NCBI GenBank assembly: GCA_964016885.1
Contig: OZ024742.1
Coordinates: forward strand, 87,420,001-87,484,000
Length of the DNA: 64,000 nt
From: Eledone cirrhosa
Taxonomy: Eukaryota
Direction: 5' to 3'
Below are positions 31,816 to 44,605 of this stretch, one piece after another. The notes under the pieces are model-generated. The model was given only the letters and a program-made list of their open reading frames with translations. It made no database searches and had not been told where the DNA came from. The translations under genes were made by a program, and so were the position numbers. Numbering within the stretch: the first letter of the stretch is position 1; every line of letters starts with the position of its first letter.

Positions 31816-32145
31816 CCCTCTACCCTCTATTTCAAGAAACAATAATGACATAGAGGCGATAACGGAGAGAATGACATAAAACGAAAATAAACAGATGAAC
31901 AAAAGAGAAAGACATACCAATAGAGAGAGGAAAAACGTCTGATCTTGGTAAGAATAGGTGTAATGCGAGATAGACGAATGAAAACGAAAGTGGTAAGGAA
32001 GCGGAGATAGAGAGGTGAAATGGGGTACATGGTGACAGAGAGAGAGTGATACATACACATGGAGGCATCCATATATACATAACACATATGATTATCTATG
32101 CATTCATAATTCCACCATGAGTAGTGGAATATATATATATATATA

Positions 32146-32560
32146 TATAAAGAAAAAGAGATGAAATCGAAAATGCAACTGAAGTCTTATTTAAAAAAAA
32201 TATATATATATTTATTTGGTTCCTTTACCGGTTTCGCAGTTCTTCTGCTCTTCTAAAGGTGAGTTGAGATGGAGGGTCTCTGGTTTTTCTCACATCTGAG
32301 AAAAACCACAGACCCTCCATCTCAACTCACCTTTTGAAAAGCAGAAGAACTGCGAAACCGGTAAAGGAACCAAATAAATATATATATTTTTTTTAAAAAT
32401 AAGACTTCAGTTGCATTTTCGATTTCATCTCTTTTTCTTTATACTTTCACTCGTGTAGGACACCTCGGTTATTTTTCATTTATATTAGTTTATACACGGC
32501 TCAGGGGTATTTTCTTCCTTCGAGCTAATTCCATTGTAAAATAATTCCTTACACTTAATA
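32146..32560 (+). mobile_element. near-perfect fold-back element (147-bp arms 32146-32292 and 32297-32443, 4-nt loop, tail to ~32560) in (AT)n
   Basis: Mirror arms are directly visible. Homologs at 37014-37194(-) and a fragment at ~2303-2324. Confidence 0.9.
32330..32367 (+). ncRNA. type I hammerhead motif, U3-A8 core variant
   Basis: CCUU-UUGAAAA-GCAG AAGAA CUGC-GAAAC CG GUA^AAGG with palindromic ACCGGU stem III. Confidence 0.7.
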
Positions 32561-32636
32561 ATATATATATATATATATATTTCGTTTCTGAATTTGTTTA
32601 GCAAGATTCTTTATCTGAAATCGTGTGTTGAAACCG

Positions 32637-32707
32637 ATATTGTTATACTTTGGGAGGGTCAACTGGTGGGTGTGTTTCTTATTGGCAACATGACCCTCCC
32701 AAAGTAT

Positions 32708-32715
<8 letters not shown>
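32637..32715. repeat. 25-bp perfect inverted repeat of the 21817 family, abutting (AT)n
   Basis: atattgttatactttgggagggtca ... tgaccctcccaaagtataacaatat. Confidence 0.88.
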
Positions 32716-32797
<82 letters not shown>

Positions 32798-32822
32798 GCA
32801 GAGAGAGAGGAGAGAGAGAGAC

Positions 32823-32942
32823 AAGTGGAAATGAAATTTCATTTCTCACTCTTAGTACGGTTGATACTTAAATATAAGTATGTATACGTACATACATATA
32901 TGTATACAGACGTACAGCAGTATGTATATACATACATACATG

Positions 32943-32985
<43 letters not shown>

Positions 32986-33177
32986 GTATGGGTGTACCGA
33001 ACATTTATTATAATACTCGGTTTGTTTGTAGACAAACAGGCCGAACCGAATTATTAGCCGTACATTGTTCGGCAACCATCGTTTCCCTTTTGTTCAACAC
33101 TGAAAAAGTAACGATGAATTAGTTTCTATCTTCTTAGCTGTCATCAGCACCGTATACCTTCCTGTCAGTCGATTGAA
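32823..33177 (-). mobile_element. older copy of the 378-bp hammerhead element (degenerate hammerhead at 33113-33151)
   Basis: Homologous to 55047-55425. Minus strand reads GGUG-CUGAUGA-CAGCUAAGAAGAUA-GAAACUAAUU-CAUC. Confidence 0.8.
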
Positions 33178-33791
33178 TAATAACATTTTAAAGGAAGATC
33201 AGTATTCCAGCCTCCTGTTATTGTAATGTCCTGGTTACCAACGATATCTTCAACATCTGATGATATATATATATAAATATATATATATATATTTGTTTTC
33301 CTTGTTAAAAAAAGGTTTTTCGTATTGTTAGGTTCCCTTTCGTGGACTTGTCCTTTCTTTGTTAATTTGCTCAGAAAAATTAAATAATGTGACAAACGTG
33401 TTGTTATCCCCTACCCAATTTAATGTTATGACTTGCATTTTTTACACGATATCTTAATTTGTTCATCCTCTTTTACTTCATTTCGTTCATACCTCGGCCA
33501 TGAGGAATCACACCTTTTCCACGACGTCACACGAAATTGACTGTGTTTTGAAGATTAACGGCTAACATTTTAGGTTTTGTATTACGTATCTTACTCCTTT
33601 GGACAGTGGTGGCTTATACCAGACGCTGTGACCTCGGATGGAGCATCAGTACCGATGACCATGAACGTCTGTGTCTTTCGTTTGCATGTTTACGTTTAAT
33701 AAATTATTTTTTAAGGTTTCCCCTTAAAAAATAGGTTTTTCTTTGTTTTATTTCCCTTCGCTGTCTTGTCCTTTATTTCGTAACTGTCTTT

Positions 33792-33849
<58 letters not shown>

Positions 33850-33867
33850 TATATTAAATATACATAT

Positions 33868-33956
<89 letters not shown>

Positions 33957-34398
33957 GTTTATATATATAGAGAGAGAGAGTGAGAGAGAGAGAGAGAGAG
34001 AGAAAGGGAGAGAGAGAGAGACACAGAGAGAGAGAGACAGATACTTACATACATGCATAAATGCATACTGCATATACATATATTGGTTAGTATATCCACA
34101 GAAAAATAATCAGTGTATGTGCGAGATTGAGTGGGGTTATTTATGGACATCGCTGCTAACATCTAGCAGAAATCTGTGAGCATATTTCCGTGATTTTTCC
34201 TGCACAACGCTTTCTGTTGTTGTGGATTGGATGATTTTCTTTTATTCTAATAGTGTTTTCCTACGACTTCTACTTATATCGATCTTTTGCTTACAAGTTG
34301 CTTTTCCAATGTCTTGGAAATGTTTATTTCCTTTGTAAAGACCCCCTCCTTTCTCTGTCTCTCTCTCCCTCTCTGTCTCTTTCTCCCTCGCTCTCTCT

Positions 34399-34448
<50 letters not shown>

Positions 34449-34950
34449 TTCTCTTTTTTTTTTCATTATTCGATCTTATTACAAACGTCCATTGTAGTAT
34501 TCTTTTATGGAATATATTTATATTATTCGTTCTATTCTGTTGATGAATCATCTTGCAAGCAAAAAAGGTATAGCTCATCGTGACGTTATATGATTGGCAG
34601 TAAATAATGCACATGAGAAGAAAAGCAAATATTTAATTTAAACCAGAAGAGCAAATACACAATATGTCATACTTTGGGGCGGTATTTATTGCTGATTGAA
34701 GGGAAAAAACAGGAAAAAGAAAGCAGAGAATGGGAAGGCTATAAAGCATCCGTATGGATTATTATTTCGTTTTTAATATTTCTCTTTGTTCTTTTCTTTT
34801 TCATCTTTCTGGAATTTTAAATTTGTATACGAAAGATAAATTGCAATGGAGCGTTTATATGTGCATAATTGGAAATATTCATGAACAAAAATGAAAGTAG
34901 CGTATATGTTTTTTCAAGAGTATATTTAATATGCGGAGGCAAACAAACAT

Positions 34951-35026
<76 letters not shown>

Positions 35027-36084
35027 ACACACACACAAACACACATATATACACACACAACGCACGTACGCGCAAACAGATATATACATATATGTAGGTC
35101 ATAAGTCTGTAGAATCATTCTAGAATCTCCTTTTAAGGAGAATAGTCTTTACTCCCGAAATATATTCGTTACATATAATATATATGCACAGATATAAGGA
35201 TATTTATAATAACAGCACTTATATAAGGATCGTATTCAAATTATCATAAGTGAATTGTGTGCTTATTAACTATTTTTTTTTACAGCCAAAATCTTAATAA
35301 TTGGCATATCATTATCATACATACAGTGAAGTTTTGTATCATGCTGCTTAGGTAATCTGTCTCATGAAATATAGACTTTGAGCTCGATTCACGATGATAA
35401 GTTCTTCTAACGAACTAAACCGTAGAAAACTGAATTAACTGATATTCACAGAAACAGCCTAGCTATACATTGTCCGACAATGAATCGGATTTATTTGTAT
35501 CAATTATCGAAACGTTGTAAAATGGACACACATATAATATTCAGAAAGTGATCCCGGATATCTCTATATATGTAAGCCTGTGTGTCTCGATGAATTGGAT
35601 TCCATTCATGACCATCTCATCTAATATATGAGTGACTGCCCTATTGTCGCATCTGTTGTGAAAATCAAGAAGTGTGAGTGAAAATCAGATGCGAAATCCA
35701 GGGAAAGGATCCTTTATTTACATGTAGTTAATATAATATGTATCATTGCATGAAACAACGAAATGCACGAACGCAAACAAATACACACACGTGCGCGCAC
35801 TTACAGACAAAAACACTTACATACACACAAACAAACACAAATATTAATAAAATAGATGTTCTTTTGATCAATTACATTTTATTATACATATTTCGGAGGT
35901 ACAAGAGTACATCTACATCAAACAAAATATAATGATGCATGGCATATCCTGAGATGTTAAATGGTTAAGATTTAATCAAGGTAGTGATTAACACAAGAGA
36001 AAATTCAACATGTATACCCTAGTAATGAGAAAATCGTTATCATTTACCTAAAATATACTGGCTCATTAATATATATCTATATTA

Positions 36085-36575
36085 ATCAGTATACAACTCC
36101 CATACCGATTTCAAGTTGTGGTAAACCGCCCAGGCTTTGCTCTTCCTCTCAACCACATCATCTTCCCTATTTCCAATCTTTGCTCCCAAATACAGGAAAT
36201 CATCAACCAATTCTAGCGGCTTCCCGCCTAGATTAGTGATCACCTCTGGCTTCTCAACATTCTCTACCAGATGATTTGTTTTAGTCTCATTCATTCTCAG
36301 CCCCACACTCATCGACACAGTCTCAACCTCCAACATCAATTCATCTGACTCCTTCACTGTAGTGTCACCAAAACTATGTCGTCGGCAAATTCAGCATCCG
36401 ATATCTGTGTCGCCTTACCTCTCCTACTCTGAGCCTGTGCTACAGTAAAGCCAGCGTCCTGGTGTTTCTCCATTGCAAGGCACTTACAATAATCCGCTAT
36501 GATGATAAAAATGTAGGGAACCAATGTATCTCTCTGGAGCACTCCAGCCATATCTCAAAGAACTCTGTCATCGCA
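36085..36575 (-). mobile_element. RTE-type LINE reverse transcriptase fragment
   Basis: GVLQRDTLVPYIFII, EFADDIVLV, VGLRMNETKT, VDDFLYLG, ERKSKAWA; frameshifted. Confidence 0.85.
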
Positions 36576-36634
36576 TCAGATATTTATATATATCTATATA
36601 TATATATATATATATTTCATCCCATTCTCATACA

Positions 36635-36696
<62 letters not shown>

Positions 36697-36906
36697 AATA
36701 GGATTTGGCTCCATGAAAAATATATATATATATATATATAAATAGGATTTCACACCATTTCGCTCCATAGCTTTACAGATAGGTATAGAAATTTCGTATT
36801 TCTAAAGAAACACGGTATGTTTATAGGAAACATTTGGGAAGCCGTAGCTATTCAAACACCGGGGGCTAACACCCTCTGGTGGTGTCCAGTAGAAGCAAGG
36901 GGGACA

Positions 36907-36950
36907 ACCATCTATGCATTTCAATCTTGACTGGTCTTCATCAGGATGGT
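36907..36950 (-). ncRNA. type I hammerhead ribozyme motif
   Basis: ACCAUC-CUGAUGA-AGACCAGUCAAGAUU-GAAAUGCAUA^GAUGGU. Stem I is a perfect 6 bp, stem III is palindromic AUGCAU, stem II is imperfect. Confidence 0.7.
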
Positions 36951-37013
36951 CTCTCCCACCACCGCTTGCAACTGCTGGACTTGAAAAGTCAAGAATATAT
37001 AGTTTTCCCGCCT

Positions 37014-37194
37014 CGAGGTGTCCTACACGAGTGAAAGTATAAGGAAAAAAGATGAAATGGACAATGCAAATGTAGTCTTTTTTATTAAACATATATATTT
37101 ATTTGGTTCCTTTACCGGTTTCGCAGTTCTTCTGCTTTTCAAAGGTAGAATTTAGATGGAGGGTTTGTAGTTTTTCTCACATGTGAGAAAAACC
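37014..37194 (-). mobile_element. second copy of the 32146 element (inverted pLTR-like), with hammerhead-like motif at 37109-37145
   Basis: Reverse complement of ~32283-32467, including the native hairpin tttttctcacatgtgagaaaaa. Confidence 0.85.
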
Positions 37195-37200
37195 AAAAAG

Positions 37201-37335
37201 ATGACAGCCATTCTGTCGGAGCAGGTCTGGCGGTTAAAGGATACATCCCTCTGCATCAGAATGGAATGGACCATCCTAAACCACACACCTCCAATCCATT
37301 TATGAGGCAGACACTGCCAGTTGTGACTATCGGAT
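37201..37335 (+). pseudogene. Penelope-like (Neptune-type) GIY-YIG endonuclease C-terminal fragment
   Basis: TAILSEQVWRLKD.....MEWTIL.......*GRHCQL*LSD fits the PLE pattern T.LS..IW.LK.......W.IL...........C.LC..E. Two stop codons. Confidence 0.7.
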
Positions 37336-39438
37336 TTTGCGGAAATTTCCAAGCTAAAGGAATACATAACCACCTGGTGTTCAGTGGTTGTGACGAACGT
37401 CTTGAGGTTAAGAACCTGTTCACCAAGTATGAAGACGCATGGACCACGACTAACGTAACTCTGCTAGCGCTTAACGCACGTCCTTATCATAACAACACAC
37501 AAACCAGCCAAATACCCGTCTATGAACAATTCTCCCCTAATTATACGTACAGGTATGTATATATGTTTTGCAATTTGTTCTTTTATATATATACATATGT
37601 GTATATGGGTGTATATCTGTTCACGGTCGGGGTTCTGTGTGGATCCATGTGTGTACATATTCCTGTTTATATGTACTTAACTATATAGATATGTGTTTAT
37701 GAATAAACGTGTAAACACGCGTGTGTATGCAAACGAGTATATGTGTGTATGTGTGAGTGTGCAATTTTATATCCATGCTCTCCTGCATATAGATGATCTC
37801 ACATCTATGTATACGTGTCCGCATACACAGAAGCCTTTGTGTATATGTGTAAATACAAGTGTTTCTGAGTGTGTGTGTTTGTGTGGGCACGTGTTATATT
37901 GCAGCAAGACCTACCTAAATTATTACAGTCTATATTTTTACAATGTGTGAAGGGCATCCTGACTATAATTACACGTGCAATTGGTAAGTTTCCCTTCAAA
38001 TTATTTACGAATTCCCAGTTGGTTGGTTTAATAACCAGAAGGTAGTGTATGCATTTATTTATAAATAATCAATCATTTGGTTATTAAGCCAACCAATAGA
38101 AGATTTTGTAATACATTGAATTGAAAACAAGTAGGTGCGTGTGTTGTTATTGTTAGAATGACATTTCCACATTATAACTAACAATACCTGTTTCAACACA
38201 AATTTCCAGGCGAGAAATCTTGCAAAAGAAATACAAAACGGAAATATATATATATATATTCCATAATTAAATATTTTTGACACGGAATCCTCAATATTCT
38301 GAATAGAAATAATATTTTGTTTCCTCTCTGAAATTTATTTCCCGAATATTATATATGCATTTTCGGTTTTTCTTCCATTCGTCATATTTAATGGAACATC
38401 CCAGTATTATTCGTCATATTTAATGGAACATCCCATTTTCGTACGTATATTTGGCTATCATTTAGAAGGGATTGGTTATGATAAAATAAGAAAAAAGGAC
38501 AGTTATAAATCCATTGCTCTCAAGAAGTATAAAATAGATTTCGATTATAAAAAGAGTATGGTCATTAATACAAGGGGAGCCTATTTACATCGTAATTGAT
38601 TAATGTACAAAATCACTCCCTATACTGAAAGAAAGAAAATGTACGTGTCACAGCTAAAAAACTAATCTAAAAACGATGCATAGTTGCCAAATATGAGAGT
38701 TCATTATAATAAGATGCAAACTAATGCGAAACAATATCACTCAATTATGTTTCTATTTTATAACATTGTTGTTTATTTCATACAATTGAGGATAACAGTA
38801 GAGTTAAATCTATTGATACTGCTTGAGAACTCCTCTATACATTTACATATATTTGTCTCTTAGTAGACTTGTTGATATTACGAATCTTTTATGACTTTAT
38901 ACAATCTAGATTTCTCCATAGTGACATGCGTTATCTCTCTATATACATATATAAACATTTTCCTCTATAAATAAAAATCTTGATAGCCCTTGATAAGATT
39001 ATATGTAAAACGGTTAAAGTAGAATATTGAAATTCGAATTCTCCGAAATCATACATCAAATTAGCGGTTCTAGATATGCTCACTTTCATATTAACGAAAA
39101 TGTGTCAGTTACGTAATAAATATTTAACCTTCAATTGTGAATCTGGTGTATTCATGTGATACCTTAATTTGGATGTATTTACATATATATCCATCTCATA
39201 TTAGACCACGTACGGGAGTAGATCAACCAAACCGATGGACATGTTTTACCCTTACTTTTCTCTTCAATGATAAAGGGCTAACGACCAATATATTGGAAAG
39301 TTCATTTTCAAGTTCCAGGGAACATGAACCTAAAATGGTGCCACATCGTAACCTTGTGTTTGTCGTTTTGGCATCTTGAAGAATATATTTATTTTTAAGT
39401 GTATATCAATGTATTTATAGTGATAATTATATATATAT

Positions 39439-39526
<88 letters not shown>

Positions 39527-40647
39527 ACTTGAAGCAGATATTTAAGAATAAAATCCACGATCTTGTGTTTGTTTTGAAAGCATTATACATTCTCAGTAAT
39601 ATACAACTTATCATAGCTGTCTGTTATTTTTCATGCAGACACGCTATTATTTCTAGATTGCATGAATTACTTTAATCGTTTTAAATTTGTATTCAGTATA
39701 TTACACTTGACATTGGGAGTTCAGCTCCTCTGTATTCGGACCTCATGTACGTGTGCGTGTATATTTACTTCTGTTCATTCGATATGACAGCATCTACGGT
39801 CCTTAATTACTTGATCCATCCACAATTTATCATTCGTTAAGTTTTATATCATTACACATGAAATCATATGAATATAACTTGTTAACGGACAGTTTTTTTA
39901 AATAAACAGATTTTCATAAAATTTTATTTGCATTATATATATTATTATTACGAGAGCCTACAACCAAAGTAGGTCAGTGACAACGCCTTTTGAAGAGAGG
40001 TTTAATGTATGTTAACTCACCCGTATTTCATTTCTTCTCTGACAATTGTCTTTGCCAAATAGCTTTCGAGAATGCATATATAGCGTACATCTGGTTAATC
40101 GCAAACATTTCACTATGATTATACCATATTGTAATTGTTGTTTTAATGAATATCTCTCAATTACATTAAATATGCAATTATGATAACAATATTAGCTCAT
40201 ATATATTTGTACAGACGTCATAGTAACAACCAGTAATATACTGATTCACGTCAACAGCTTATATTATTCCTACAATCATTGGAGCTGAATTCAGTCGAAC
40301 AAAATCAATACTACATTGCAATTGAAGATTAATAAAACTGTATACTCTTACATTCCATCATTGTTTGATTTGTATTTTTAGGAATATATAGAAATTAACA
40401 AAATAACAACAAATGAAATATAGATCAAAGTAAGATTCCCCAAAAAGGAAAAGAAATATTGAAAAAAATGAAAAGACACAAGAGAGGCTAAACCATTTAT
40501 CAATACTGCGAATGCTTTGCCGATAACATTTGCATGATTCAATGAAACAGCTACACATATTGGAAAGTATTGATTATGGGAAACTTTACGTTTTATTCTC
40601 AACATGCATCAGGTGAAAAAATTAAAGCTATGCATGGATATGAAAAA

Positions 40648-40692
<45 letters not shown>

Positions 40693-41852
40693 TATGTGTA
40701 TGTGTGTGCGTGTGCCCATGTATGTGTGCGTGCGTATGTGTGTGTTTGTGTGTGTGGTGTGTGCGTGAGTGTGTGTATGTGTGTGTATATATACATATAC
40801 TGTTGAAAGAAAGGATATGATTAGAATACTGCTTTGCTAAGAGCAAATACCAAAGCGAACGTTTAGAAGGCATACGTGTAAAATATTATATAATTACGAT
40901 AAGTGATGGTTTGACATAATAGCTGCTTATTTAGCTGAAGTTTCTGTTCATTGTTTTATGATTCTCTTATTTTGTTTTTAGTTTAGTAGTGGGATGTTAG
41001 ATTCGACATTGTAACATAAGAAATATAAATATTAATAACTGCAAATATTAATATTCTGTTAGAGTTTATTCATTTTCAAATACCGATATATATTATTTGG
41101 ACTTGTTCCATGATAATTATATGAATGGCATATACTTGGGCTTGATCAGTTTATATTAGGACGCTTATGTTAAGTAAAATCTAATAAATTGGGTGTTGCA
41201 ACTTAGTGGCCAAAACATGCAATACAAAACTTATCCAAACGTTCATGATAGAAACCTGGAATAAAATGATATAATGAGAAAATGAATAAACAACATGGAG
41301 TGAATTTACTCTAAAGGTAATCTTCTGGTTCGTTTTATGTTTAGCTCTAAATTATTAAAGATATATGTATTTTTAGGTTAAATGAATAGATACGTGCCTG
41401 TGATACATAACGTTGCGAAACAATCATCTAATATATCTTTCAGAGCAAGAGATGATATTTAGCGATATAATACATCAATATTTGTTGCTAGATCGATAAT
41501 AGAAAACATAATGCATAGTAATTGAAACATTTCGAAAAACATAAAATAATATAAATATAATAGAATGAATTAAATACAGATCAAAAGAACGAGGCATATT
41601 GGCTTCATGGACAGATAAAGGGAATTCATATTACTAGAGAAAAATAAATATTTCAACAAGAAAGTTAACAGGAAATAAATAAGTAAAAATAACTTGTTAA
41701 AGAAAACGTATAAAATAAAGAAATTATTAAAAAGACAACACATTAATGTATATATCTATGTAGAAAGAATCGGTGTCTCATTATTGATATAATTTATTTT
41801 CAACACGACTCTCTTTCTGTATATATATAAATATATATATATATATAAGCAC

Positions 41853-41997
<145 letters not shown>

Positions 41998-42014
41998 TAT
42001 ATAAATATATATAC

Positions 42015-42065
<51 letters not shown>

Positions 42066-42097
42066 GAAAGAGAGAACGAGAGAGAGAGATAGAGAGA

Positions 42098-42293
<196 letters not shown>

Positions 42294-43629
42294 GATTTCT
42301 TGTAAAATGCTCTTCTCTTTATAATTCAAACCTGGCATGTAGCAGTTATTTCTCAAAAAAATTGAATAAATAAAATGAAAATATGTAAAATTGCTGTTGA
42401 ACAAAAGATTGATTTTTACAAGTATTGAATTGGAGGCAAGGCATAATAAAAGCGAACGGATAAATTCTGTGTTATTTCATACTATATTGCTGAATAAATA
42501 AGGAACGATTCCTTCTTCAGGTGTAGACCCAACGAGCCGTGTTAGATATCGTAATAACATGCTGTACTCCAATTTCAGCAAATGCGAGCAAAATTATGCT
42601 ACATTTATTATACCTGTGAATGGTGTGCTTGATTATTGCAATTTTTGAACAAACCATTGCAAATCAAGTGCCTTTAATAAGAAAGTATTGTAGCCGACAG
42701 GAAAAAATCCATATCTTCGGGCGGCATTTACATTGGAGGAAGGGGGGGGGGAGAAAAAGGAGGATTGCATTATATAAAAATGAAAGCGGATTGCATTATA
42801 ATAAACTATATTCTAATGTGAGCAGATATTTCTTTACAACGCATTTTAGTCCTGATCGTTCCCTCGTTATTTCGATCATTGTTACTGGCTCTATATTATA
42901 CAATCTAATACCTGTCTCCTGTACAGACTCTCTGGTAAGAGTTGAGGTTTGTTTTGCTGTATATTTAGCATAGATTGCCTATTTAGAAGCATTCGTCATC
43001 ACTAATATCTATTATATATTACTTATTTATTTAGTTTATTTCATTTCTAATTGGTTTGTTATTTCAGGTATGAAAAAATCGCTTTTGCAAGGAACATATA
43101 ATGTTTTCTGCGACCAATTCAGTTCTGACAGGGTTGTGCTAAATCTTTTATCAGCCTTTTTTTTAATGAGTGGTGATGGTTGTACCAACTTTCCTTAAAT
43201 CTAGTAGATGTTGTGCCAATATATACATTATTACTTCTCATTGTTACTTTACATTCACAAACAATATTTTTTTCCTGGACAATTAATTTTCATTGGATAC
43301 CGTTATGACCCCCAGAATTGCAATTATTTATGTTACAATTCATTGTTTCCTCCCTGTGTCTGTGTGTCAGTTGGTATGTCTCATTTGTGCTAACGATGAT
43401 ATCTTTATTATTTGCGTTGTATTTATGCTTGCTATCTTGTGTTATGTCTTTAAGATTAATTCGAAGATTTATGTTTTTAATCTTCGCTATATACTGGAAT
43501 ATGCTTTTGGTTGTTGAGTAAGAACGTTTAATTGTGTGTGATCCAATATTTAACTGTATTTTCTGATTTAGGAAAATACTTATCTAATGCGTTAAGAAAG
43601 TGTAACTATTTTTTGTTTAGTTCTAAACA

Positions 43630-44040
43630 ATAACCAAATTGAATACTCCCTCTCTTCGTCAAAACTTGAACTTTTTTCTATATAAATGAATCTATATCTT
43701 TGGTAGTTGACTTTTGTACTACAGAGAATTTACACATATATAGTAGGCACACAACTATTAACAAGCGGTCTGACACACCCAATAGAAAAGAAATAAGACA
43801 TTCCGTAAATTAAAGTTAAATCTTCCGTAAAGAATATAAAAAAAACATCCTATCATTAATAATCAACTCACACTACAAATCAAGTGACACATCTGGTAAC
43901 TTGATACCCTAGCCAGTTTACAATCAGCAATGCCAACAGCAAGAACAATCTCCAGCACACAAAAAAGAACTGCTACAAGAGAAATGTTCACATATGCTTA
44001 TTGGTCGGTGAAGTGAATATCAGTTAACATATCAATGGAA
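43630..44040 (+). mobile_element. possible decayed Penelope-like RT-EN linker fragment
   Basis: NLHIYSRHT and KKNCYKRNVHICLLVGE weakly resemble PLE LHKIFNRNT and CNCR...CPL.G.C. Confidence 0.3.
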
Positions 44041-44269
44041 TTTGTACATCTCGATTGGAAATTTATTGGAAGAGAAAACGTTGGGCAGTTATTATGTAAC
44101 TGCCTTACGTCTTCCAAATACGTATAGCAAATGAAATACATATGTACGAATGAAACAGTATCTCTTGTTTATTGTAATAAAACTCCTGATGAATAAAATC
44201 CGTGGAGTTCTTCATGTCTGTTAAAAATTGGCATATTTTTAACCAAACTGCTTTCTTCAATTGAATAAA

Positions 44270-44314
<45 letters not shown>

Positions 44315-44446
44315 ATGTGTGTGTGTGTGTGTATGTGTACGTGTGTGTGTATATGGGTGTGCGTGTGTGTGTGTGTGAGTGTGTGTGTACATTTCTTAAA
44401 TCTAATGATATAATATAAGTTTAACAAATAAACATTTGGAAAGTGA

Positions 44447-44605
44447 TCTAGCTATGAATATTGAAAGGCTGGCTCCGCTAGACGGCGCTCGACATCAACC
44501 TTTCAATATTCAATGCTAGAATTCTTAAAAAGTTTATTTGTATATACATATTCGAAATTCCTAACCCTAACCCTAAAATTCACGAAATTTATATATATAA
44601 ATAGT
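44447..44605. repeat. small double-hairpin element with (CCCTAA) repeats in the second loop
   Basis: tctagctatgaatattgaaagg...cctttcaatattcaatgctaga, followed by cctaaccctaaccctaa at 44560-44576. Confidence 0.6.

Noticed and set aside
37266-37688. 140-aa ORF with a donor-like acag|gtatgt as a host exon
   Set aside because: No recognisable domain, weak acceptor, overlaps the Penelope-like fragment in another frame, and ends in simple repeat.
38378-38436. 32-bp tandem duplication as a CRISPR-like or functional array
   Set aside because: Only two adjacent copies with no spacers; ordinary slippage in eukaryotic DNA.
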